63,496 nucleotides of DNA from Mobula hypostoma. Lineage: Eukaryota. The translations under genes and the position numbers were made by a program. The DNA lies in the NCBI RefSeq assembly GCF_963921235.1, contig NC_086106.1:32798001-32861496 (forward strand), in the 5' to 3' direction. Positions 50,871-63,496 of the stretch are shown here, piece after piece; position 1 is the stretch's first letter, and each line of letters starts with the position of its first letter. Under the pieces are notes generated by a model. The model searched no databases. It was not told where the DNA came from and saw nothing but the letters and a program-made list of their open reading frames with translations.

Positions 50871-52769
50871 CAGTTCTCTGTCGTAATTTTCTTTGTGTGT
50901 GTGGGGGGGGGTGCGGGGGAGATGGTTTGAAATCATAGTATCAAAGCCCTTAGTTTGGTAGTATTACGTACTCATGCTATCTAGTGGCCTGATAACTACG
51001 GTGTTCCTCTGTGTGCCACAGAGTTCCCGGTCCGGACCCATATTGAGTGAAATGCAGGGAGAGAAAAAAATACCATATTATAAAATTCGGGACGTTCACC
51101 TTTGTCACTAAGTTGTGACCTGCTCCAAGCACAGGGAAGTTACTGATTAACCACATTATTTCCGTGTATTAAACTTGAAACTTCAGGAAACTAATGAAAT
51201 GGAAAGACAATATTATGAGCCCAATATTATGAATCAACAGCGTCCGCCAACAAAAACACCATAAAATTTCTAATCAGGGCAATGAACGTACTAAGAAGGA
51301 TAAGGAAATAATATGTTAAAATTTACAGTGCCGTGGTTTAATTCTCAAACATGCAATATCATTAAAGTAGTACTGCTGCAAAGGATGGCTGTTAAGTGTG
51401 TTGCATTAATATTATTTGTTAAACATGTATGAATGAAAAGTGTATTATTGAACATAATAGTAAGTATAGTTTTGTGGAAATATTCTATAAATGTTGGCTC
51501 CATGCGAGACAAGATTTGTTTGGATGCTAGATCAATCTCACAGGAACTAAACAAGGACGATTCCATATGATATATGAGAAACAGTTTAGTTTTGCTTCTG
51601 CGCGTAAGTAAAAGCATTTCATGTTTCACATGTTTTCTGTATCCATTACCTATAATGTAACTCCTAAAGAAATAATCGGGTTAAAGAACTTCATGTAAAT
51701 ATATACCTTTAATATCATTGAATATCTGAACTCTTAGATCGAGCTGTCTGTTGTTTCTGGGCTACAGGTGCACTTCCGATTTCAAACGGCAGCTTCTAAC
51801 CTCCAAATAACTGATAGGAAATCGGGCAAAGTAGGTAATAGATCGTAACTAACTTGAGATAGACGTCAGCGTTAATGTATTACAGGTGATGCATAATCTT
51901 TTCAATACTAATGACATCACTTTTCAAGTGTTGGATACATTTATGAGATGAAAATTATTGAGAGAAACATGAACTGGGACAGAAAATGTTACTGTGTCAA
52001 TTAAGATGGAAGCATTCCAAGATAAGAAATATTGAAACATTAATTGCAACGTAATGCCGGAAGAATACGATACATAGAAGTATTTGGAAACCATTTGACC
52101 CCTTAAACAAATTCCGCTGTTTAATATTATGATTGACCCTATGCATTACACATATGGCTGCCCAGAGCACAACTTCTCCAATTCACTCAGTAAATATCTG
52201 CGCATTTTCTCTAGCGCTGATACATCATGTTATTATGCTCGTCTCTTCATTTTATACAGTTATAGAAACTAATAGAACACTAGATATTCTTTACTTCCAT
52301 AATTTATTTGATTCCACTTCACCTTTTTTTTCCAACTTTTCTAAAGTTCAGTAAAAGACTTGAAGAATTTTTCAAGATTTACTTCCTCCAGATTCATTTT
52401 CTGGTTAAACTATTGCCTACAAACATATTCTGCCCTTCCTCTCAGTATTTCAGTTCTATTCTCATCCTCCTATCCTTTGACACTGCTCTCTCACTTATTT
52501 TGATTTATTGTGCTTTCAATCCCAAGGACCTCCTCCTCCTTCTCCCTCTGCTTCCAGTAATCCCATAGTTGCATATGCCTCAACCAAACCATATATCATC
52601 TCCTGCATGTATCCTCAAGTCCCGCAGTAATGTCGTCGCAAAAGGACATTTCAAGCATGTTTGGTACTCTTTATATCCATTCATACATTAGATAGGAATA
52701 AAGAGAAATGGAAGCAAATGTGTTGCTGACAAAAATGGCGAGAGAAGAACAACAGATACCATAGAATAG

Positions 52770-53830
52770 GCACTATAGATTGTACAGCCTAGTCCATCAC
52801 AATAAAAGACCTCCCCGCCATTTAGCACATCTACTAGGAGCGCTGCCGCAGGGAAGGCCGTACTCTCTTCTCGCTTTTGGCATCGGGAAGAAGTTACCAG
52901 AGCCTTAGGTCCACAGCAGCAAGTTCAGGAACAGTTATTACCCTACAAACATCAGGCTTCTAAACCAGCGTGGATAACTTCACTCACCTGAACACTGAAC
53001 TGAATCTTCAACCTGTAGACTCACCTTCAAGACTCGTGTTCTCATTATTTTTCCCATTATTATTATTAACTTATTATTATGCTTTGTATTTGCACAATTT
53101 GTCTTCTGTTTCACATTGTCAGGCTTTGTGTGTAGATTTTCACTTCTGCATACATGTGCTTGTGTATATGACAATAAATATGACTTTTACTTTAACATTT
53201 CAGTGAAACGATTATTGATTAACTGGAAGAATCTGTGGCCTATTGATTTTGGTGCTGAATTCAACCATAACATCAAGTCAAGTTGAATTTGTTTTTAACT
53301 GTGCAAGTATGGCGATGCATTGGTACAAAGAAATTCTTGCTCTTTGCAACATCACTGACAGATAGATTCAGACAACAACTTACAGAAGAAAAGTGGTGAA
53401 AAAGAAATAAAAAAGAAAACGACTAATGCAATAAAGCATAATCAGAGACAAGTTCATGGTGGTGCAAGGGGTGGTCAGTCACGTTTCATTGCTGAAATAA
53501 GAGTACAGTTGTGCAGATCAGTTCAGGAAACTGATGGTTATAGGAAAGTAGCTGTTCCTGTACCTAGTGGTGTGGGATCTCAGGCTACTGTAGTTCCTGC
53601 CCTTCGGCAGCGGTGAGATGATGGCACGGCCGGATGTTGGGGATCCTTCACGACAGATGCTGCCTGCTTGAGGCAATGGCTCCAGCTGCTGTCAGAGGTG
53701 GGGCGGCCGATGCCTGTGCTTGATCAGAATGTGCTCATTACACTCCACAGCGTCTTGTGTTCCCATTCATTGGAATTACCGGATCAGGCAATGATGGAAC
53801 CAGCCGGGATACTTTCAAATGTGCATCTGT
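52770..53830. mobile_element. two Rex1-type 3' fragments in opposite orientation
   Basis: Plus strand 52770-53200 (FSLLASGR, FRNSYYP); minus strand 53270-53830 with TCAAG tail. Confidence 0.6.
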
Positions 53831-53989
53831 GGAAGTTTGTTAGAGCGTTTAATGTTAGAAGTATTGGAGTATTGAAGTGAGGTAGGTATTCCACATTACA
53901 ACACAGGTTACACATAAAATGTGCTTAATTGTGGCTTAGTAGACGAGGAAGATTTCCGCAGTAAATAAGGCAGAGAAGCCACAATCGGG

Positions 53990-56900
53990 GATATAAGACC
54001 ATAAGACAAAGGAGCAGAAGTCGGCCATTCGGCCCATCGAGTCTGCTCCGCCATTTTATCATGAGCTGATCCATTCTCCCATTTAGTCCCACACCCCATA
54101 ACCTTAAGATGCCCTGGCTACTCAGATACCTATCAATCTCTGCCTTAAATACAGCCAATGACTTGGCCTCCACTGCTGCCCGTGGCAACAAATTCCATAG
54201 ATTCACCACCCTCTGTCTAAAAAAATTTCTTCGCATTTCTGTTCTGAATGGGCGCCCTTCAATCCTCAATTCATGCCCTCTCGTACTAGACTCCCCCATC
54301 ATGGGAAATAACTTTGTCACATCCACTCTGTCCATGCCTTTCAACATTCTAAATGTTTCTATGAGATCTCCCTTCATTCTTCTAAACTCCAAGGAATACA
54401 GTCCAAGAGCGGACAAACGTTCCTCATATGTTAACCCTCTCATGCCCGGAATTATTCTAGTGAATCTTCTCTGTACCTTCTCCAATGTCAGCACATCCTT
54501 TCCTAAATAAGGAGACCAAAACTGCCCACAGTACTCCAAGTGAGGTCTCACCAGCGCCTTATAGAGCCTCAGCATCACATCCCTGCTCCTATACTCTATC
54601 CCTCTGGAAATGAATGCCAACATTGCATTCGCCTTCTTCACCACCAACTCAACCTGGAGGTCAACTTTAAGGGTATCCTGTACGAGGACTACCAAGTCCC
54701 ATTGCATCTCCGAACTTTGAATTCTTTCCCCATTTAAATAATAGTCTGCCCGTTTATTTTTTCTGCCAAAGTGCATAACTATACACTTTCCAACATTGTA
54801 CTTCATTTGCCACTTCTCTGCCCATTCTTCCAATCTATCCAAGTCTCTCTGCAGACTCTCCGTTTCCTCAGCACTACCAGCCCCTCCACCTATCTTCGTA
54901 TCGTCAGCAAACTTAGCCACAAAGCCATCTATTCCATAATCCAAATCGTTGATGTACAATGTAAAAATAAGCGGCCCCAACACGGAGCCCTGTGGAACAC
55001 CACTGGTAACCGGCAGCCAACCAGAATAGGATCCCTTTATTCCCACTCTCTGTTTCCTGCCAATCAGCCAACGCTCTATCCACGTATGTAACTTCCCCTT
55101 AATTCCATGGGCTCTTATCCTGTTAAGTAGCCTCATGTGCGGCAACTTGTCAAAGGCCTTCTGAAAATCCAACTATACAACATCCACTACATCTTCATTG
55201 TCTAACCTACTGGTAATTTCCTCAAAAAATTGTAATAGGTTTGTGAGGCAGGATTTTCCTTTAAGGAATCCCTGCTGAGTTCTGCCTATCTTGTCATATG
55301 CCTCCAGGTACTCTGTAACCTCATCCTTGGCAATCGACTCCAACAACTCCCAACCACCGATGTCAAGCTAACAGGTCTATAATTTCCTTTTTGCTTCCTT
55401 GCCCCCTTTTTAAATAGCGGAGTGACATTTGCAATCTTCCAGTCCTCCAGAACCATGCCAGAATCTATCGACTTTTGAAAGATCATCGCTAATGCCGCCG
55501 CAATCTCCACAGCTACTTCCTTCAGAACACGCGGGTGCATTCCATCTGGTCCAGGAGATTTATCTACCTTTAGACTATTCAGCTTCCTGAGTACTTTCTC
55601 TGTCGTAATTGTGACTGCGCACACTTCTCTTCCCTGCCACCCTTGAGCGTCCGGTATACTGCTGATGTCTTCCTCAGTGAAGACTGATGCAAAATACTCG
55701 TTCAGTTCCTCTGCCATCTCCTTATTTCCCATTACAATTTCTCCAGCATCATTTTCTATTGGTCCTATATCTACTCTCACCTGTATATACTTGATATATA
55801 CCTCTCTTTATATACTTGAAAAAGCTTTTAGTATCCTCTTTGATATTATTTGCTAGCTTCCTTTCATAGTTAATCTTTTCCCTCCTAATGACCTTCCTGG
55901 TTTCCTTTTGTAAGGTTTTAAAAACTTCCCAATCCTCTGTCTTCCCACTAATTTTTGCTTCCTTGTATGCCCTCTCCTTTGCTTTAACTTTGGCTTTGAC
56001 TTCTTTTGTCAACCACGGTTTCATCCTTTTTCCACTCGAAAATTTCTTCTTTTTTAGAATATACCTGTCTTGCACCTTCCTCACTTCTCGCATAAACTCC
56101 AGCCACTGCTGCTCTGCCGTCTTTCCCGCCAGTGTCCCTTTCCAGTCAACTTTGGCCTGTTCCTCTCTCATGCCACTGTAATTTCCTTCACTCCACTGAC
56201 ATACCAACACATCAGATTTCGGCTTTTCTTTTTCAAATTTCACAGTGAACTCAATCATGTTATGATCACTGCCTCCTAAGTGTTCCATCACCTCCGATTC
56301 ATTACACAATACCCAATCCAGTACAGCCGTTCTCCTAGTAGACTCAACAACAAGCTGTTCTAAAAAGCCAGCTCGCAGACATTCTACAAATTCTCCCTCT
56401 TGAGATCCAGTGCCCACCTGATTTTCCCAATCCACTCGCATGTTAAAATCCCCCACAATTATCATAACACTGCCCTTCTGACAAGCCTTTTCTATTTCCA
56501 GTTGTAATTTGTAGTCCACGTCCCTGCAGCTATTTGGCGGCCTATAAATAACTGCCACCAGGGTCCTTTTACCCCTGCTATTTCTCAGCTCAACCCATAA
56601 AGATTCTGCACCTTCCGATCCTATATCACCTCTTTCTAATGATTTAATATTATTTCTTACCAACAAAGCCACGCCTCCCCCTTTGCCTACCTTCCTATCC
56701 TTCCGTTACACCGTGTATCCTTGGATGTTCAGCTCCCAGAGACATGCATCCTTTAGCCAGGTCTCAGTGATGGCCACAATATCATACCTGCCAATCTGTA
56801 GCTGTACGACAAAATCATCCACCTTATTCCTTATGCTGTGTGCATTTAAGTATAACACCTTAAGACCAGTATTTGATACTTTTCGCTTTGATTTCACTGC

Positions 56901-57990
56901 AACTTTATTGCACTGCAACTCATCCCACTGGCTACAAATTTGCCCCATCACCTGCCTGTCTTTCCTGACATCTTTACTGCTCATTATCTTAGATTTATTT
57001 CTGTTTCCCCTTTCTCCGCTCTGTCATCCCGGTTCCCATCCCCCTGCCAAATTAGTTTAAACCCTACCTAACAGTTCTATTAAACTTTCCAGCCAGGATA
57101 TTCGTCCCCTTCGGGTTCAGGTGTAACCTGTCCTTATTGAACAGGTCATAATTCCCCCAGAAGAGATCCCAATTATCCAAGAATCTGAAACCCGGCTCCC
57201 TACACCAGTCTCTCAACCACACATTCATCTGCCTTATCCTACTATTCTTGCCCTCGCTATCACGTGGCACAGGTAGCAATCCCGAGATTACCTCCTGGAG
57301 GTCCTGCTTCTCAGCTTCCTTCCTAACTCCTGGAAATCTCTCTTCAGGACCTCCTCCTTAGTCCTATCTATGTCATTGGTACCAACATGTACCTAGACAA
57401 CTGGCTGCTCACCCTCCCCCTTTAGAATATTCAGGACCCGATCTGAGACATCCCGTACTCTGGCGCCTGGGAGGCAACACACCATGCGGGTATCTCTGTC
57501 AGGCTCACAGAATCTCCTGTTTGTTCCCCTGACCTATGGAATCCCCCACGACTACCGCATTTCTCTTCTCCCTCTTTCTCTACTGCACAACAGCGCCAGG
57601 CTCAGTGCCAGAGACCCGGTCACCGTGGGCGTCCCCTGTCAGTTCATCCCCCTCAACAGCATCCAGAACAAGATATTTGTTGCTGAGGGGGACAACCACA
57701 GGTGTGCTCTCCACTATCCGGGCATTTCCCTTCCTTCTCTTGACAGTGACCCAGTTTTCTGACCCCTGTAGCCTAGGGATGACTACCTCCCTGTAGCTCC
57801 TGTCTATCACGTTTTCACTTTCCTTAATAAGCAGTAGGTCATCAAGCTGCCGCTCCAGATCCCTAACACGGTCTCTGAGGAGCTGCATCTCGGTGCACCT
57901 GGCGCAGATGTGGCCATCAGGGAGGCTGGAGGTCTCCCAGGATTCCCACATCTGACACCCTGAACAAAGCACTAACCCTGCAGGCATGCT
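53990..57990 (-). mobile_element. near-full-length CR1: ORF1 (CxxC, coiled coil, SGNH esterase) plus ORF2 (APE, RT), frameshifted
   Basis: CSGC..CARC; DRLHLNPKGTNILA; LYLNAHSIRNK, AITETWL, VGDFN, SDHN; DFQKAFDKLPH, FADDTKIGG; tail at about 53990. Confidence 0.92.
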
Positions 57991-58134
57991 ATCTAATTCT
58001 ACAGGAATGAAACATTTGAAAGATTTTCTGACCCACTGGCTATAAATGGCCACAAGTCTTCAGTCCTTATATTCGTTTATCGTTTTGCTAATTTTTGTGA
58101 TCACGGGTTCCCAGTTTTAATTTTATTGTAGATT

Positions 58135-59322
58135 ATTTTCAAAAGGCTTTTGACAAGGTCCCACACAGGAGATTAGTGTGCAAACTTAAAGCACACGGTA
58201 TTGGGGGTAAGGTATTGGTGTGGGTGGAGAATTGGTTAGCAGACAGGAAGCAAAGAGTGGGAATAAACGGGACCTTTTCAGAATGGCAGGCGGTGACTAG
58301 TGGGGTACCGCAAGGCTCAGTGCTGGGACCCCAGTTGTTTACAATATGTATTAATGACTTGGATGAGGGAATTAAATGCAGCATCTCCAAGTTTGCGGAT
58401 GACACAAAGCTGGGTGGCAGTGTTAGCAGTGAGGAGGATGCTAAGAGGATGCAGGGTGACTTGGATAGGTTGGGTGAGTGGGCAAACTCATGGCAGATGC
58501 AATTTAATGTGGATAAATGTGAAGTTATCCACTTTGGTGGCAAAAATAGGAAAACAGATTATTATCTGAATGGTGGCCGATTAGGAAAAGGGGAGGTGCA
58601 ACGAGACCTGGGTGTCATTATACACCAGTCATTGAAAGTGGGCATGCAGGTACAGCAGGCGGTGAAAAAGGCGAACGGTATGCTGGCATTTATAGCGAGA
58701 GGATTCGAGTACAGGAGCAGGGAGGTACTACTGCAGTTGTACAAGGCCTTGGTGAGACCACACCTGGAGTATTGTGTGCAGTTTTGGTCCCCTAATCTGA
58801 GGAAAGACATCTTTGCCATAGAGGGAGTACAAAGAAGGTTCACCAGATTGATTCCTGGGATGGCAGGTCTTTCATATGAAGAAAGACTGGATGAACTGGG
58901 CTTGTACTCGTTGGAATTTAGAAGATTGAGGGGGGATCTGATTGAAACGTATAAGATCCTAAAGGGATTGGACAGGCTAGATGCGGGAAGATTGTTCCCG
59001 ATGTTGGGGAGGTCTAGAACGAGGGGTCACAGTTTGAGGATAGAGGGGAAGCCTTTTAGGACCGAGGTTAGGAAAAACTTCTTCACACAGAGAGTGGTGA
59101 ATCTGTGGAATTCTCTGCCACAGCCAACTGTTGAGGCCAGTTCATTAGCTATGTTTAAAAGGAAGTTAGATATGGCCCTTGTGGCTACAGGGGTCAGGGG
59201 GTATGGAGGGAAGGCTGGGTTCTGAGTTGGATGATCAGCCATGATCATAATAAATGGCGGTGCAGGCTCGAAGGGCCGAATGGCCTACTCCTGCACCTAT
59301 TTTCTATGTTTCTATGTTTCTA
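58135..59322 (+). mobile_element. young 5'-truncated CR1 with open RT C-terminus
   Basis: 349-aa uninterrupted ORF (GVPQGSVLGP, FADDTKLGG); (TTTCTATG)n tail. Confidence 0.93.
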
Positions 59323-60624
59323 TTCCATTTCACACCAAAATGGATAACTTCCAGGAACCTCAGAAAATAAATTAGTTGCAGATATTCCCAATCCGTTAAT
59401 CGATCAACATATAATTCAATGTCACGGTCCCTTCTATACAATGCAATAATTCCTTATCCTCTTGATGAACACATTTCTTCTCATCTCTGTTCAGAAAACA
59501 TCTTTAGCTGACATATTGTTCTTAGAAAGAATTAGATCTGATTAAAGCATTGAATAACAACCGAGATCTGCGCAAATGATTTTCTTCCCTCTGTGATGCA
59601 GAAATTTAGGGTAATTTTTGATTGGTGTATTACGACTTTGAAATGGACGCTCCCAAACAGGGATAATATTTCCCCATTACTAGCGAATCTAACGCAAAAC
59701 TGAAAAGAAAACAATTTGAATGCCATTCGCAAGAACAGTTCAGAGTGACTCCATTGCAGAAGGATAGGCGTTCAATCTACTCGTTATTTAAATCACTATT
59801 TTCGTGAGTGCGTCAGTGTTGCTAACAGACGCAGAGACTGAATATTTGATTTCTTTATCTTCAATTATTTAAAATATTTCAATGTATTGATGTCAAAACT
59901 CGTGGCATTATTGTCATCATATATTAAGCATGTTACGAACCTCATGTAGGAAAATGGAGTTACTGTAGATGGGTAAATGGTCGGATGAACCCTCGTGGAC
60001 CAAAGGGCCCGTTTGTTTCGGTAGAAGTCTATGAGTAGAAAGAAAACAAACCTTAAATTGTGTTAGAGCAGAGATGCATACGTTTTAAAGGAAGATGTGC
60101 TGACAGTTGGCCAGCATTGGATTGAATGGGGAGTCTAGAGTCTGCAATATGCGCGCGTGGAAATCCTGAACATGCTGCAGTGCGTTCTACAGCTTCTGAG
60201 CCGTTGTCTACCGAGCGGATGACTGCCAGTTAGTGCATTATGGCTCTTTAGTACTTTTCCTCTCTTCACAGGTGCTCTTGGCCTTCATGCAGCCTGTTGC
60301 GCTTCTAACCATATCGTCACCAGCCGCACTGTCAGGAATGGCGGGTTTAGATGCATATACAACTGCCAATTCTGAGCGTTTCTGCAAATCAGAATGTTGA
60401 CTCCGACCGATTTCTATCCGTGAAAACAGTCCGGATGGGGGAATGGTGCCTTTATGCTTTTGGGTTAATAAATTAGTCCCTGGAACGACATACTGTTTCA
60501 TGCGGAGAGAGGCGTAAAACCGTTTTTCCCTAAACCTTCGATCCCAAGTTTAAAGAACTCCCGTTGAGTCGAAAAACGAGAGAAAGTGGAACTACTGCGA
60601 TTAAGGGGCGAGGCAATAACACTA

Positions 60625-61790
60625 TAAGACATGGGGGCAGATAAATGCTGATTTATTATCACTCCGCAATCCATTTTCCTTCCTTCTCCCCGAAACTATC
60701 AACTCCGTCATCCAGATCATTAACCAGAGACTCCCCTTTGTCTACCCTGCCGGTTATTTCCTCAAAAAATACCAACTGATTTCTCAGACGAGATTTCCCC
60801 TTATGGGAACCATGCTGACCGGCCTATTTTGTCATGTGACCTGAACTCTCATCCTTAGTAATGGACATCAAAATCATTCCAATAACTGAAGTCCAATTAA
60901 CTGGGCTTTAATTTCCTGTATTTTGCCTCCCCCCCCCCCTTCTTAAAGAGTGCAGTGACATTTGCAATTTTCCATTCCTCCTGAACCATTCCAGAATATT
61001 TTGACCTGTGAAATATCAACACTAATGCCTTCACAACTCTTCAGCTAACTCTTTCAGAACCCTGGGATGTAGTCTATCTAGTCCAGGTGATTTTATCTAC
61101 CTTGCAGCTTCCCAAACACCTTTGCTGTAATAATGGCGACTGCATTGACTTCTGCCCGTTGATACTCTCGAATTTCTGACATACTGCTGGTGTCCTCCAC
61201 AGTGAAGACTGATGGAAAATACATATTGCGTCCGTCCGCCATTTCTTTGTATCCATTATTACTTCTCCAGTGTTATTTTCTAGCAGTGTGATATCCGCTC
61301 TCTCCTCTCTTTTACTCTTTATATATCTGAAAAACTTTTGGTATCCTCTTTTATATTATTGACCGCCTTAACTGTATATTTCATCATTTCTCTCCTGAAT
61401 GTTTCTAGTTGCCTGTCGATATTTAAAAGTTCTACCTGCCAATTCTCTACCTTCTTAATAAGTTTTTATTGGACATAATTATATGCCCACATTTTTTGCT
61501 TTTATACTGTCTTTGAATTCCCTTGTACCCTCATCCTTATTTTATAGTAATACTTGTTCTTTGGGGTGAATATATTCTGTGTCTTCCAAATTACTCCTAG
61601 AAACCCTAGCTGGGGTAGTTCTGCCGTCGTCCTTGCTAGTGTGGCCTTCCAATCGACCTCGGCCAGCTACTCTCCCGTGACTCTGTAATTCGCTTTACTC
61701 TGCTGTGATACTGATACATCTGATTTTAGCTTCCCCCCCTCAAGCTGTAGAGTGAATTCTATCATATTACGAATACTGCCTCCTAGTTCA
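60625..61790 (-). mobile_element. CR1 APE/RT fragment, decayed
   Basis: SPGPDRLHPRVLKE-like and SHKGNL-like remnants. Confidence 0.65.
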
Positions 61791-62000
61791 GCTCACTAAT
61801 TAAATCGGTTTCATTAAACAATACCCAATCCAGTTGAACTCATAAAGTGATTTAACTGAAGAATAAATAGCGGAAAATTAGAACCTATTTCATATAGCTA
61901 ATATCCTTCACCAAATCCGCCACAAATCAAATTAAGAAGGATATCTATTGCAGTGGATTTGTGATTAGAATTCACAAAGCCGACAAGGCCTTGTCCTGCT

Positions 62001-62039
62001 AGTTTTTGTATTGGAGCCCAGGGATATTGTAACGTGGTG
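62001..62039 (-). promoter_or_regulatory. 23-bp-spacer RSS of V2, non-consensus heptamer
   Basis: CACCACG + 23 nt + ACAAAAACT after YYCAAKR. Confidence 0.8.
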
Positions 62040-62347
62040 CCTCTTGGCCGCGCAGTAATACACGGCGGAGTCGGAGAGCTCTGTGCGTGAGATGTTTAAA
62101 GGAATGCTTTTGTTAAGTCTCTCCTGTTCTGCGTTAAACCGTTTTTCGAAAGCTGGCGCGTTCACTTCAAACTTGGATGTGTGCCTGACCAGCATATACT
62201 GCAGTCCACTTGCCGCGTATTGGACGTACCAAAAAAGGTAAGCGGCTGTGTATGTGGCCGGATAGCTGCACGGCAAAATCGCAGTACTCCCTTCATTTAC
62301 CACCAAAACTGAAGGAAATTGGGACAAGCTGTCCTCAGAACTAGCTT
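62040..62347 (-). CDS. TCR alpha/delta-like variable segment V2, V exon (leader uncertain)
   Basis: Acceptor AATTTCAG; ASSEDSLSQ..EGSTAILPC, YLFWYVQY, KRF, SIPLNISRTELSDSAVYYCAAK; open frame. Confidence 0.9.
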
Positions 62348-62624
62348 CTGAAATTAAATGATCAAATATTAATTAACAGAAATGTAAAAAAAAGACAGCG
62401 ATTTTATATCTTAGACAGTATCTATACTTTAACAACAATAAACGTCGGAAATGCTGAGTCGAGTTTTTCGAAAGACGAATAAAAACAACAGACGGGTAAT
62501 TAAATTGCCATGTACTGTCAGATTATAACCCTTCCAGCGCACCCTTTTGCGGTGTCTGGGAACAGGAAAATCACTGAGTTCATAGCCTAACTTTGATAAC
62601 TTTTATCCTTAGCCTAGTACAGTT

Positions 62625-62763
62625 NNNNNNNNNNNNNNNNNNNNNNNNNNNNNNNNNNNNNNNNNNNNNNNNNNNNNNNNNNNNNNNNNNNNNNNNNNNN
62701 NNNNNNNNNNNNNNNNNNNNNNNNNNNNNNNNNNNNNNNNNNNNNNNNNNNNNNNNNNNNNNN
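62625..62763. other. assembly gap (139 N)
   Basis: Run of n. Confidence 1.
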
Positions 62764-63070
62764 TCACTACCCCTCCTGATAATGCCGTAAGAACTCACTA
62801 CCTCTATAGAATGCATCATTAATTTCTAACAAAGAAAATTCCAAAATGAAATAAGCATTACAATCGCATTAAGTACATACCCGGTGATATAGATACGAGG
62901 AAAAGAAACACGTTGATACATAATTTTAGGATCCATAATGTGCAGTGGTAATAATTGGCAACGTCCATATTTTATTGCACCCGATCGAAAACAAACCTGA
63001 ATGCTTGTTATTTTAAACTGCCAATTGCATGAGTAGTGTGTGATTAGATGCAGTATGTGTATTTCAGCAG

Positions 63071-63345
63071 TGAACCTCTACTGGGTGCAATCTTGCTTCT
63101 GATAGGTGGAGTATAGACAAGAGGTGGATGAAGAATGAAGAGTAAACGAATTATAATCGTGATAGATGTTTCAGTGTCGTTGATTTTGATAGGCCCGTGT
63201 TATCTCATTGACATTTTATTAGTGAAATACACTGTTGTGGCTGTCATATATCTCTCGCACATTAATTGATGCCTTATGAGTTGTTTCAGAAAATTCCAGA
63301 TACTTCCAGGGTGTAATGTCTCTTATTGTTTTATTTGCCTGCATC
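63071..63345 (+). pseudogene. candidate GPR139-like relic D
   Basis: Acceptor TTTCAGCAG then (V)NL..GAILL; MKSKR--IIIVIDVSVSLILIGPCYLIDIL aligns with MESRRKSIILLFLISGSFILLRMTYVVDFL; QILPGC with QLLSSC. Confidence 0.45.
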
Positions 63346-63496
63346 ACAATCGAGCTCAAAACTAATCCAGACCCTGGATTAAAAGTTCAAAGTAAATTTA
63401 TTATCAAAGTATGTATGTACATATATTTAAATCATTTCGGTTTGGAGCTGAATTTTAAGTCTGCGATTCGGTCATAATGATGTATTAGATGCAACT

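Noticed and set aside
60172-60520. Leader-like ATG, strong acceptor with GALG, and VPL..TYC
   Set aside because: No GT donor giving a plausible intron, no first Cys or Trp, and no RSS.
62580-62819. ORFs spanning the N run
   Set aside because: Artefacts of translating through the gap.
1-63496. CRISPR array, prokaryotic operon or defence system
   Set aside because: No regularly spaced direct repeats; the content is intron-containing vertebrate DNA with vertebrate transposons.

Overview
Eukaryotic genomic DNA, not prokaryotic. It is inferred to be a cartilaginous fish (shark/ray), based on the V-segment style, the GPR139-like receptor family and the CR1/Rex1/Penelope repeat landscape. Most of the window is transposon debris: CR1, Rex1/Babar, RTE, Penelope-like elements carrying hammerhead-ribozyme motifs, a HERO-like R2-superfamily fragment, a chromodomain Gypsy with a nested Tc1, and solo LTRs. 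The unique sequence holds two T-cell-receptor alpha/delta-like V segments on the minus strand, each with a 23-bp-spacer RSS (33.4-34.1 kb and 62.0-62.3 kb). It also holds an array of GPR139-like class A GPCR copies: one open main exon (1533-2440), one full-length pseudogene (26.0-26.9 kb) and several short relics (10.3, 11.3, possibly 14.3, and 63.1 kb). The main observation is this GPCR birth-and-death array interleaved with antigen-receptor V segments, partly on the RSS side of them. No CRISPR, rRNA or intact tRNA genes were seen. Coordinates of decayed repeats are approximate, and family names come from motif recognition, not database searches.
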